Source: Protoeuglena noctilucae
Lineage: Eukaryota
NCBI GenBank assembly: GCA_958009085.1
Contig: OY253681.1
Span: 310,001 to 374,000, forward strand
Direction: 5' to 3'
Length of the DNA stretch: 64,000 nt
Below are positions 26,452 through 38,202 of this stretch, in pieces (the first letter of the stretch is position 1; the number at the start of each line of letters is the position of its first letter). The notes below the pieces were generated by a model. It was not told the origin of the DNA and ran no database searches. It saw only the letters and a program-made list of their open reading frames with translations. The translations under genes were made by a program, and so were the position numbers.

Positions 26452-29400
26452 ATGCACGCGCGCCTGCTAACGGTTTGCGGGGCTGGGCCCGCCCCGGGGG
26501 CACGCGCGGACGGCCGGGCGGCCGTGCCAAAGCGTAGCCGCTTACTCGGTCGCCCAGTGAGTCCGTTAGTGCTATCGTACGACACTCCGCAAGGACGGCT
26601 CCTCGTTGGGTGTGATGGCCCGCTGCAGACGAGTTTGCCGGGTAATGGAGGCCTCAGGTGTGGCATGTCATGCGTGTGGCTCGAGTGGGCGCCGACCGGG
26701 CCTCGGTCGCGCGCGCGTAGTGGGCACAACCCCTGCCACACCCACACATGCCCGCACTCCCCGCCCGCTGCTTCTCCAGCAATGATACTTTGCTGTCCAC
26801 ATTGTTTACCCTATCAAGAAACGGCGAGAGCGCCACGATCACACGTACAGCTGCCCTTGCGCGCATCCCGGGTGCCTTGGGATGCGCGGGGATGCGTGGC
26901 CCCGCGCGCGCGTCCCGGGCCTCGCTGCGCGGAGGAAAGCATTTGGCGTCCTCCAGTTTCATCCTTTCTCCTCGTCAGCATCGATGGCGGCGATATTTTT
27001 CGTCGCATGGGACGCCGCGCGGCCCTGCATACGGGCGCCACCCGCAATTCCCGTGTTCGCGCCTGCTCGCAGGCTCTGGAAATACGCGAGCCCCGAGGAC
27101 GCCATCAAGGAATGCTGTGCCCTGAGCTCGGGGATGTCAAAGAAGGTGAGCTGCACCACGCGCGGCTCCGCCCGACCCCTTGCAAGCCCCGTGGCGGCGC
27201 AGGTGCCCGGCCCTCGCGCGCGGCTCGGCGCCGTGCCATGGGGCGCCCGGCCGCCGCATCGCACGTATCTTATCAACACATTCCGATCCCCCTGCGCAGC
27301 ACACGGTATATAACACGGGCTTCAGCGGCGCCAAGCTTGTGGTGGATGCGATCGGCGACCCAAGTGATGTGGACGAGATTCGGCTGATGGACAGCGTGGC
27401 CAAGGCGCTCGCGGAGCTGCAGGGTGCGATTTACACGGGCTGCGACTTGGGCACGACCGAGGAGGACATGACGTACCTGTCGAGCTTGACGCCCTACGTG
27501 CTCGCGTCCATCGAGAACCCAGTCGGTGCGTGCGTTGGCAGATGCGACGAACTGGCAGATGCGATGAGCAGCCCCAGATGGTCTCTACAAGGGGTGGCAA
27601 ACCCCTTCAGCCGTTACTCGCACAGCGGATGGCACCAGTGCTAGGACAGCGCTGTCTGCCTGCCATGTGATTGTGCGATCCACCTATGCCATCCGACTGC
27701 CCCGTCCCGTGACCCTGCCCCCCGCAGACGCCAACGCCTCGACGGGCCACGGGGTGTTCGGGTCCATCCAGGGCGCGCTCGACAGCCGCGGGGGCGTGGC
27801 GGGCAAGACCTTCCTCGTCAAGGGGACCGGCAAGGTCGGGAGCGTGACGGCGCAGCTCCTGGCCGGCGCGGGCGGGCGCGTGCTGACCTACGACATCAAC
27901 GCCGCCGCCGCCGACATCCCCGGCTGCGAGAACGTGAGCCACATGGACTGGCGGGACGTGGAGTGCGACGTGTTCGTGCCGTGCTCCGTGTCGGGGTTCA
28001 TCAACGAGGACGTCGCAAGCCGGCTCAAGTGCTCCCTGGTCATCGGAGCGTCGAACGTCCCCTTCGCCGACGGCGCGGCCCTCTCGGCGCTCCTGGCCCG
28101 TGGCATCGACTTTGTGCCCGAGGCCGTCTCCTCCGCCGGGGCGGTCCTGGGCGACAGCATCGAGCTCTACGCGGCGGACGCCTACCGTCACGCGCGACCC
28201 AGCCAGGTGTACGCCTTCGTGCGCTCCCTGACCCGCCAGAAGACGCGCGAGCTGTTCGAGGCGGCGGCGGAGCGCGGGCGACCCGCCGCGCTGTGCCTGG
28301 GGGACGTGGAGGAGGACCCCTCGTCTGAGCCGTGCGGGACGAGGTTCCGGGCGTTTGTGGAGGATGCGACGGAGGAGGTGGACACGCTGGTCATCGGTGC
28401 CGGGATGGCCGGCACGGCGGCGGCGTACTACCTCACCAAGGACGCGCCGGGTCACCGGGTGGCGGTGGTCGAGAGCCGCTCGGTGGCGAACCAGTGGGCC
28501 TCCAGCCATGGGCAGTCGCGGATGTACCGCCGGATGTACAGCGACGCGTACTTTTCCCAGATGCAGTCGCGCGCGCTCGAGCTGTGGCGCGAGATTGAGG
28601 CGGAGCGCGGCGTGGCGCTGCTGCGGGAGAACGGGCTGCTGTTCTACGGCGAGACGGATACGGGCGAGACGGTCGAGGGGTCCGTGCCGGGCGCGAGGGC
28701 GGTCATGGAGGAGCTGGGCATCCCGCACGAGTACTTCGACACGGGGGCGGCCATGGCCGAGCGCTGGCCGGACATGAAGGCGGACGAGGCGTTCCAGGGG
28801 GTGTTCGAGGCCACGGCGGGCAAGATCGATAGCTCGCTGGCGTGCCGGGCCATGGTGGACGGCGCGGTGGAGCGCGGGGCGCGTCTGTACGAGAACGAGG
28901 CGGTGGTGGACCTTTGGATCGACCGGAAGGGCGCCATGCACGCCGCCACCTCCCAGGGGCGCTTCTTCCGGGCCGGCAAGGTCGTGGTGGCGGCGGGCGG
29001 GTGGACGCGGCGCGTGCTGCAGCACCTCAACGTGGATATGGACCTGGAGGTGCACAGCGTCGCGTACGGCCACTACCGCGTGCGGGACGTGGAGACTGCG
29101 GCGCGCATGCCGCAGTGGTTCTGTTTCCGCAAGAAGCGAGGGGAGCTCGACGGGGGTCTGTACTTTGGATTCCCTCCCGAGGTGACGAGCGCGGGAGCTG
29201 GGCGTGGCTGCGGCTGGCACAGAGCCTGGTTGCGCTCGTTGCGCATGGATGTGACGATTGCGTGGCTGGCAGCGCGGGTCAGGTCGCGTGTTGCGGGTAG
29301 CAAGCAGCTGCACCAGGTAACAGCTGCACCCGCTCGGCTCGTCGTCGCAGGACCCGAGCGTGCCCGTCATCAAGTGCGGCATCGACTTCACCCCCGATGC

Positions 29401-29968
29401 CATGGGCCTCATCCGCGACTCGATGTCGGGATTCAAATACCAGACGGAGAAGGAGATCGCCAAGCTCATGGACGACTTCTTCTTCGAGGCGAGTCCCGTT
29501 ATGTTCCCCACTTACATTCTCTCATAATTTGCAGCGGTGGACGTGCTGACTCAGTGCGACGCTCCAGCCAGGTCAGCTCGCCTTCGCTTGTCGACCGTCG
29601 CCGATGCATGGCTCGCCACCCGCGCGCAGAACTGGCCGTGCATCGAGGAGCGCCTCGACATCCAGTGCTCGCCCTACACCATGACGCGCGACCAGTACTT
29701 CGTGTTGGGCGAGATCCCCGACATGCCGCAAGTGATCGTATTCAGCGGCGGGTGCGGGCGCGCGTTCAAGTTCGGGCCGCTGCTGGGGCAGTGCCTCGCG
29801 GACCTGGCCCTCGGCAAGGAGCCAAGCTACGACATCGCGCCCCTCTCGCCCTCCCGGCCGGCCGTCGGCCTCCAGGTCACGCCCGTGACGCCGCACACGG
29901 CCTCGCTCAGCCCGGCTGCGGCAGCACGGCGCGCGGCCGTGCAGAGGGACCTGGCGCGCACGGCCTGA
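26452..29968 (+). CDS. Fusion protein: Glu/Leu/Phe/Val-family amino-acid dehydrogenase + MSOX/NikD-type FAD-dependent oxidase
   Basis: Exons 26452-26657, 27073-27145, 27300-27525, 27728-29181, 29351-29488, 29630-29968. Dehydrogenase motifs GNGGLR|LWKY, GMSKK|H, GFSGAK, YTGCDLGT, TGHGV, GTGKVG, GASN. In the same exon follow VIGAGMAG and SSHGQSRMYR, and later CSPYTMTRDQYFVLG and SGGCGRAFKFGPLLG. Confidence 0.9.
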
Positions 29969-30256
29969 GGGATCGGATTGCGATTAGAGTGCCTTTTTCG
30001 CGTTAGGTTTTCCCCCATGGCGCCTGACAGGGCCTCCTGCCCTGCTCTTCTGCAGCATCGCGATGCTGCTATGCATACATAGCGCTGCCCTAAAAGTAGC
30101 GGTCCAGCTGGTGCCGTCGTGTGACACTGCAGTTCTCGAGACCTCGACTTGACCAACGCTGCGTGCGCTGCTGCGCGTAGTTAGTGAACCTCTCGGCGTT
30201 CCCGCGACAGCACGCAAGCGCATGGGGCTCGTGCGACCCTGGGGCCGGCCACAAAC

Positions 30257-31621
30257 ATGCTAGCGTCGCGCAGGGGCGTGGCTGCCCTGATGGAGGCGGT
30301 TTGTCGTGGGACGCCTGCCGCGGTGGGATTAGGGGAGGGCGCGGGTCAGTCCCTGACAGGCGCAAACGAGCGCAACATGTCGAACGCATCGTCGTCGGGT
30401 TCCCTCGACGCGGCGCAGGCGCTCGGCAGGCCCCTGCCCCGTCGAGCACAAACTCCAGCGCTGCAGCCGGGCCCCCCGGGCGCGCGCTCGAATTCGGAGT
30501 TCCCCGCGTTACAGAGGAGGTACTCCAGCACTCCGGAGTCCGTCGACGTCAGCCCGGCCTCCTTCTACGACGTGGGCATGTCGACGAACATACGGTGGCA
30601 AGCCACCGCCGTGACGCGGGCGCAGAAGGCGAGGCCGCGCGGGATCGCCGCGCAGACTCCTTGGCGACAGTATCAGCTGCGCCACGAACGCGGGGCTCGC
30701 TCTTTCGCTCGCAGGAGAGGATTTTGGGCCAGAAGGGCTGCGTCGTTTGGTTCACGGGCCTGAGCGGTTCGGGCAAGTCCACGGTGGCCGCCATCGCCGA
30801 GAACATGCTTTCGTCCATGGGTCGCGCCACGGCGCTTCTCGACGGCGATAACGTGCGGCACGGGCTGAACAGGCGAGCCCTCGGGGGATGCAGCACGGCT
30901 CCCCTCCGCGCGCCGCGCGCCAACCGGGACGCGCCATCTCCCCGCAGCAACCTCGGGTTCTCGGCCACGGACCGGGAGGAGAACATCCGGCGCGTCAGCG
31001 AGGTGGCCAAGCTGATGGCGGACGCGGGCCTCATCACGCTGGTCGCTTTCATCTCTCCATACCAGGTGAGGCGGCGACGGGAGGCCGCGGGCGCAGCGCA
31101 GACATCCCTGCGATCGCCGGCGCGACGTCCTCGCGCCAACTGCGCCGCAGAAGGACCGGCGCCGGGCGCGAGGCATCATGGACCCAGGGCGCTTCATTGA
31201 GGTCTATATGAAGACCCCGCTGTCCGTCTGCGAGACGTGCGACCCCAAGGGACTCTACAAGGCGGCCCGGGCCGGCAAGATCCGCGGCTTCACAGGCATT
31301 GACGACCCGTACGAGGAGCCCGAGGTGGGTGAGCGCGTGCTGCGTGATGTGTGCTGTGATTTCGCGCCGTTGCCCCTGCCACTCCTTTCGATCGGCTGCG
31401 AATGAGATGCTGCGAAAGGTATGCATTGTGCACGTTTGCTCCTCTCAGCACAACCCTGGTAGGGCTGCGTTAGCATGGCTCCGCATACACGACCGCATGT
31501 GCAGGCACCTGAGGTCGTGCTGGAGCACAAGTGCCCCAAGGGCACCGACCACTCCCCCGCGGAGCTCGCCCAGATGCTGGTGGACCACCTGGGACGGCAG
31601 GGCCTGCTCCAAGCTGACTAA
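30257..31621 (+). CDS. APK: Adenylyl-sulfate (APS) kinase
   Basis: [18 protein letters not shown] (P-loop), [68 protein letters not shown]. Confidence 0.95.
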
Positions 31622-31777
31622 TGATGTCGAGCCATGTGCGTAATCGCCCTGACACCCCCTGTTCGCTACCCGCGGCGCCATGACATGTCTACGATTCTGC
31701 ACGTTCTCTCTGAGTGTTTGAAAGGCGCCCACGAACGGGCTAGTGCTCCCTAGAGCGTCACAGTCTCCATGGCATGC

Positions 31778-31803
31778 GTCCTAAGCACGGCCGTGCTTAG
31801 GAC
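31778..31803. repeat. Perfect 26-bp palindrome between the convergent APK and psbQ 3' ends
   Basis: gtcctaagcacggccgtgcttaggac equals its own reverse complement. Confidence 0.9.
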
Positions 31804-31853
31804 CCTTATCCTATGAAAAGCGAGTGCCAGAGGGGCCCCCGCGACCCCGGTGC

Positions 31854-33314
31854 TTAGAGCACGGCGGCCGTCACGGCGTCCAGGGCCGCCAGGGCCTTGG
31901 CGAAGGCCTTCTCGGCCTTGGCGCCGTCCTTCTTCTGCACCCACAGGTCCGTCTCCTCGATGGCGCGGATGAAGTCGTTCTTCAGGGCCTGGGCCTTGGC
32001 GCGCTCAGCCTTGGGCTTGACCTCCGCGAGCGTGTTGAGGTCGAAGCGGAGGGTGCCGAGCTGGCGGCGGAGCTGCTCCTTGGCCTCGGTCCAGTACGCC
32101 TTCTTGATGTAGGGGAGCACGTCGTTCTTGATGCGCTTGGTCGACTCCGTCACGCGCGTCTTGGTCAGGGCCAGGTCGCCGCGGGGCTGCGCGAGGCCGT
32201 CGCGCACCGCCTGGGGCAGCGACAGGTCGCGGGCCTCGTAGATGATGTCGAAGCCGTTCTTCTTGGCCTTGCGGTCATCGAAGATGTCCACGGGCGTCTG
32301 CAAGCACGCGGGGGCAGTCACGCTCAGGCTCGCAGGCTTGTGGCTCGGGTCGGCCCCGATGGGCGCATGAGAGGACACAGAAGCGATGCAGCGCGGCAAC
32401 GCACCACGGCGAACGCGGGGGCCGCGATCGTGAGCGCCAGCAGGCCAGCAGCGATCGACTTCTTGTCGAACGCGCGGGCAGCCACCGCCTTGCGCCTGCG
32501 TGCGAGGTAAGGGAACGTCTGAGATCAGACAGCGCGCTCGGCAGGGGCCAAAGTGAGCAGCGGACCCGGAAACGGTCGCCGAACTCGGCCCCGCGCACAG
32601 CGAGCCCAGTTGCGCCGGACGCCGCGGTGACAACTCGTCGAAATTGAGCGATGCGGGACCGTGCGATCCCCAACCGAGGCCGCCCGGCGCGGGACGGCCT
32701 GCTAGATGACGCCCGGGATCCACACCAAATCTGGCCCGCGCGCGCGTGATGCGGGCGAAAGGGGCCCGCGCGCGGCCCATCTGAAGATTAAGGAGCCAGG
32801 AAATCAGGGCGGACGGTCCCGGGACCGCGCGACACTCACGTAGCGGGGGCGACGGGGGCTGCGAGCAAGAGAGGGCAGGGGGACGCGTCAGCGACGATGG
32901 GGCCGCCCGAGCACATCCCATCCGATGCATGAAGCAAATCGGCGATCGGCACGAGCTCCCGGAGGGTCAGGCGCCCCCGCACGAGCCGGGGTCCAGCCTC
33001 GGCGCGATTTCCCCGCCCGATGCGCGGCGGGGGCGGGCCAATCGACTGCCCCAGGCATCCGAACGCAACAAACAAGCCCTCGGCTCACCCTTGACGGACG
33101 CGGCCGAGAAAGCGACAGCGCTGCGGGCAGCGAGGGGGACAGGTCGGTGAGGCAACGGCCCGCGCGCGCGCCGACGCTCTCAGACACGCGAGGGCGCGTA
33201 TTCGAGCTAGAGATGCACGGATACGGCCCAGGGCCCCGAGACTCGGCGCGGGGCGACCCCCTCGCGCGCGGGGCCCGGGATCGACAGCCCAGCCCCTGCC
33301 GCTAACCTCTGCAT
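31854..33314 (-). CDS. psbQ: Photosystem II oxygen-evolving enhancer protein 3 (OEE3)
   Basis: TPVDIFDDRKAKKNGFDIIYEARDL...YIKKAYWTEAKEQLRRQLGTLRFDLNTL. Upstream exons give a bipartite transit peptide (AVAFSAASVK...AAGLLALTIAAPAFA). Confidence 0.93.
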
Positions 33315-34219
33315 GTTCGCCACGAGTTGCAGGTGCCTCCGGGAGTCGGGGGATTCACAAATCAGCCCAACGGTGGGGCCCGCGGGGCCCGAAGGCCCGC
33401 GTCGCGCGGGATCCGGTCGCGTTTCTGGCAGCAGATAACGCCAGACAGCGGTGCATTCACCACAGCCTTCAATAGCGCGAGTCACGGCTACGCAGCATCG
33501 GCCCGTCCGCTGGCGAGTCGTGCCGGTGCGCCGCGTCGTGCGGAGACCACCTCCGGAGCTGCGGCGACTCGCCCCCATCGACCGGGCCCCGCGAGGGGTC
33601 CCCCGGCGTGTGCCGCGGACTCCCTGCAGCCAGAGCACGGGTCTCGAGTCATCCAACCCCGAGCGAGCGAGCCTTGATGCCCCCCAGCGTTCAGATTAGC
33701 GCGGCCCGCGGGGCTCACCGCCGACGCTGCGCGACAGGCCCACGTCGTCCAATCGCCGCCGCACGTGGTCCATCTCAGGGGACGCGACGTGGTCGTTGGC
33801 CTGCGGACGCGACCGGTCCGACCATCGCGCCATCCACTGGACCGGCGCGACGTACCCGGTGGGTGCAGCACTTAGCCCAGACAAGACACAAGGCACAGAC
33901 AAGACAGGCTCCGCACCCTGTATGGCGAGGAGCTGGCCACGTCCGGCACATGGCCCAGCGTCTTCGTCCTCAAGTCGAATCGCTGCGCAGTCGTCTGCGA
34001 GGGGCGTGGGGTTCAGCGAAGCCTTACGCCGAGCCCATGCATGCGAGCGCTGCGGCACGGCACGAGCACGCCATAGGTGGGCACCTTGACAACTCGGGGC
34101 ACCGGGAGACCTCCGCTGCGAGCGAGGAGAGAGGAGGGCGATGAGAGGGACACGCGGCACGGGGTTGCTGGCACCCCACCGTGTGCGAGCCCCGTACTGC
34201 GCCCTCTGGACAGACGGAC

Positions 34220-35043
34220 TCACAGGATGCCCAGCCACTGCAACAGTGGACGGAGCTGGGGCATACCCCACAGCTTGTTGAAGTGGGGGAAGAAGAGGGT
34301 GGACAGGGTCAGGCTAGCGACGTTGACGCGGTGGCGGTGCGCGATGGGCGGCGGGGGTGATGCATGGCCCCCGGGCTGCCACGTCGACCTGCGGGGCGGG
34401 AGAGGGAAGTGCGTTGGTATTGATGCGCGCCGCGCGGAAGCTGGCGGGCGGCAGCCTGGTGCCAGGAGCATCGTCGGTCCCCGCCGCTCACTTGCGCGTC
34501 TTCTCCGGCCATTGGAAGGGGAACCACAGCGCCACGTAGCACGCGATGTGAACGAGGGGCCAGAGTCTTCCCAAGAGCGCGAACAGGGGGACCACAGTCA
34601 GGTAGGACACGATCCATCTCACGATCGGACCCAGCACTGCCTGCGGATGGAATTGGCATGCGGGCATTCCCGACCCATCGATCGGCTCCGCGCTGTCCAC
34701 GGAGTGCAAGTTCCAGCGCATGCATGGGAAGAGCGAGCGCGGTCAGGGCCGTGGCCACAGCCTGCACTCGCCTTGAAAATGCGCTCCAGGAAGGGCGCGA
34801 AGACGAGAACGACCCAGTACGACAGCCACAGGTTCTTCTCGTGCTCAACATGAGTCATGCTAGCCACTGCGGAGGGTCGCGCGGGACGGGCGCGATCGGT
34901 TCGGGTCCAACAAGATGTCAACACTTGAACCAAACACTTAAGCTGCTTGGCGGTCGGGGCGCGGCGATGGCCTCTCATAACCTTGCCTGACATAAAAGCA
35001 GGAAGAACGTACACCCCCAGGAGCCGTAGCAGGCGCCCCATGA
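34220..35043 (-). CDS. TB2/DP1/HVA22 (REEP/Yop1)-like membrane protein
   Basis: LLGVYVLPAFMSGK..., NLWLSYWVVLVF and further hydrophobic exons (LWPLVHIACYVALWFP, TLFFPHF). Boundaries approximate. Confidence 0.5.
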
Positions 35044-35275
35044 GGCTGAATAGGGGCAGGGACCCTGCTGCAGGCGCGGCTGCAGCCACGGCCGCAGCTG
35101 GCGTCGGCACCATCTCACGGCCGCTCGGAGCCCGTCGGGCTCCCAATCATATGCACGTCGCCAGGTGCGGGGACGGCCGATAAACGACGCCCTGTGCGTA
35201 TCAGGCAAGCTGTGTTCAGCCGAGTGAGGAATTGCGTACTCCACGCTGGCCACCCACAGCTGAGCCGCGTAAGAG

Positions 35276-38039
35276 ATGCAGGTGGCAGCCACGTCTCTGG
35301 GTCGCTTCACTCCATGCCAGGCCACGCAACGTCAGGCTCCTGCGCCTGCCCCTGCGCCGTTCCTGCGTATGACGCTGCATCGCGCCCCGTTTGTGCAGAC
35401 TTGCGATTCGTCGACGAATTGTAGAAGCCATCCAGGATGCCGCTCAGCGCCCCACAGGCGGCATTCATTGAGGACAAGTTCAGTGACAGCGCAGACAAGT
35501 ACTGGGAGCTCTTTTACCGCCAGAACGGCAACCGATTATACAAGGACAGACACTACTTTGCCCGGGAGTTTCCGGAGCTCGTCTCCCGGCCCGGCTGCGC
35601 GGTGCTCGAGTGCGGCTGCGGCGCCGGCAACTCGGCGTACCCTCTGGTCGAGGAGAACCCGACCTGCCGCGTCTACGCGTGCGACTTTTCGCCGCGCGCC
35701 GTCGAGCTCGTCAAGCGTCATCCCCTGTACGCTTCGGGACGCGTCACGGCCTTCGTCGCCGACATCACGCGGCCCGACCACCTCCCGGGCAGCCATGTCC
35801 CTCCTGGGACCGTCGACTTCGCCACCTGCGTGGTGACCGTCTGCTCGCGATGCCTCTGCCCTGCCGCTGCGACGGACGCTCTGCAGCGAAGGAAACCTGC
35901 ACGGTTGCACCCGCACGCAGTTTGTTCTGTCGGCCATCCACCCGGATCGGATTGCTGAGGCGGTCGCCAACATCAAGGCGACGCTGAAGCCGGAGAGCGG
36001 GACGGTGTGCTTCCGTGACTATGCAGAGGGCGACCTGGCTCACGTGAGGCGACGCACAGCACGATAGCGATGGCCCTGCCGACGGTGCAGGTCAGCGTGC
36101 GAGGGACCGGTCACTGCTACGTCACCGCTTCGCACGCAGAAAAAGCTGGCTGGCATGGATGGCAGGGACCGTGGCCGCATGCTGTCCGGTGAGGGCTTGT
36201 GGATAAGGGCGCGGGCTTTGCCCGTCATGCACACAGCCCTTATGCCCCTCTCACCACAACCCGCCCCGCAGATTCCTTCTACGTTCGCGGCGACGGCACG
36301 TGCTGCTACTTCTTCAGCGAGGACGCGGCGCTGCGTCTGTTCGAAAATGCGGGGTTCAAATGCCGCAGCCTGGTGGTGCAGGAGCGATGGGTCGACAACC
36401 GGGCGCGGGGCATCCGCATGCACCGGCGGTGGATCCAGGCGAGCCACAAGCGAGGGTGCTGTGTGCTTTGTGCTGTGTCGCCATCGCTTGGCTGTGTCTG
36501 CTGCGCTCGCGACTTCGACTTGCGATGCGGCATGTCAGCGCTGCACGTCAGCCCCAGGAGTGCCTTGCGCCATGGCTTGCTTGTCTTACCATTCATTGAC
36601 ATGTTCAACCAGTGCTTTTTCGTCACCCCAGGGCGTCTTCTCCCTCGACCCCTCGACTGTGAGAGAGGCGTACCGCATCACCATCAAAGAGACAGAGACA
36701 GGCGAGAGCACGTATTATGGAGCATATTATCGTGCTTTGTGTGTGCCTCACTCACAGCTGCTGGTGGACTGCTGCTTGACTGTCTCTGACCTCTTCCCTT
36801 TGACAGTCTCTGACCTCTTTCCTTTACTCGCAGTGCGGGTGCCTGAGGGATGGGACCCGGAGCGGGGCGGCACGGGGGAGTCGAGGGGCGCTTTCTGGCT
36901 ATTGGAGAGGTCGGGAGATGAGACAAATCGCGATGTTGAAGGACCGAACGCAGCCGGGCCGGTGAGGCATCGCAGCGTGGTCGGCGTGCTTGGGGCTTGA
37001 TGCGCGTGACGCTTGACTGAGGCGGTGCGGCCGAGGTACTGAGACTTAACTTGACTGAATGAGTCGATTGCAGGACTGGCGGACGTTTCAGCTGCCGGAA
37101 GAGAGCGCGGAGGGCAAGAGGGCCAGGCGGATGCAGACGGTGGAGGCTGCCAGGGGCGCACGCAAGAGACTGCGCGAGAGGGGAGTGCAAGTGGCTGCGA
37201 GCGTGGGGGCAGGCAGACAGGCGACGGAGCAGGGCTGCGACAGTGTGGGAGGCATGGCAGGGGCTGCACTGGACGCCACCGCTGGTCTGCTCAGGTGGGT
37301 GCGACGGTGACTGGTCACACTCAGCGCTGCGTGCATGCGTGTCGAACATGCTGTGATGCCAACCCATTTTAATCATAGTGGTCACGTGTTTGGTTTTGAT
37401 CCCAGGCATTGGGGACGGGCCGCTGAGTCAAGGGATGCGGGCGCGGGTGTCACGTCACCATCCAGCCCATCCGCTGCCGTCGTCTGCGTCATTTGCCACC
37501 GACAAACATCCGAGGCCGCGATATCGGATGCGGAGGCGACGCACGGGGTGCCCGTGAGCGCGCTGCTGGAGCGGGGGGTGGAGGGTCACGAGAGGGGCGC
37601 GGTGGTGGTGGTGGTGGTATCGCTGCCAATCGAGGCCGCATGCGAGCGCTCGACTGGCGATGCGTCTGCGTCTGCATTCGGGCGAGGTCAAGAAGACGAT
37701 AGCTACCTCGACGACGTGCTGCTGGCCTGTGCTGGGCTCATGCACGCCCGCCCAGACGCACGCATCGTGCTGTTGCGGTGGGATGGGGAGGGTAGGGTGA
37801 CGGGCGAGCTGAGTCGCGTAGTGCAACTGCACAGCGCTCCGTCCCGTCCCTGGCGCCTCAAATCGCCTGGGGCGGGTGCGGAGGTCCGGGCTGTGGCGTT
37901 GTCGGGTGCCGAGAGCCAAGCGCTGCTGGCAGGGCGGGGTGCGCGGCAGGAGGGTGCCGGGCCTGCGCAGGGGGCTGATTTCGTGCTGATGGGCGTGTTC
38001 CAGCAACAGAGCCGCGGGCTGAGGGACGTCTGCGCTTAA
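35276..38039 (+). CDS. METTL6: METTL2/6 (Trm140)-like tRNA N3-methylcytidine methyltransferase with a C-terminal extension
   Basis: KYWELFYRQNGNRLYKDRHY, VLECGCGAGNS, YACDFSPRAV, FVLSAIHP, FRDYAEGDLA, FYVRGDGT, RRWIQ. Further exons continue to ~38039; this 3' part is less certain. Confidence 0.8.
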
Positions 38040-38202
38040 ACAGTGGGCGCCATGTTGGCTAGTCGTGACGTGACGCGTTGAAGGTTGAAATCGGTGGCAG
38101 TAGACACAGATAGGCAGCCCACATGCAGCAAAAGACACGAGCTCTCAGGAATCTCTCTGCACGAAAATAACCCCGCGACACGACCACCATAAGGGCGCCC
38201 TC

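Noticed and set aside
26748..27072. ATG 26748 as the start of the fusion gene
   Set aside because: Splicing 26657 to 27073 restores the conserved GNGGLR-LWKY motif, which places this stretch inside intron 1.
27607..29511. 634-aa minus-strand ORF
   Set aside because: It is the antisense shadow of the high-GC3 fusion gene and has no motifs.
23640..31621. Cluster as a DMSP biosynthesis locus
   Set aside because: Known DMSP S-methyltransferases (DsyB/DSYB, TpMMT, MmtN) are not SABATH-family, and an MSOX-type amine oxidase has no clear role in that route. Not excluded, but a poorer fit than a picolinate route.
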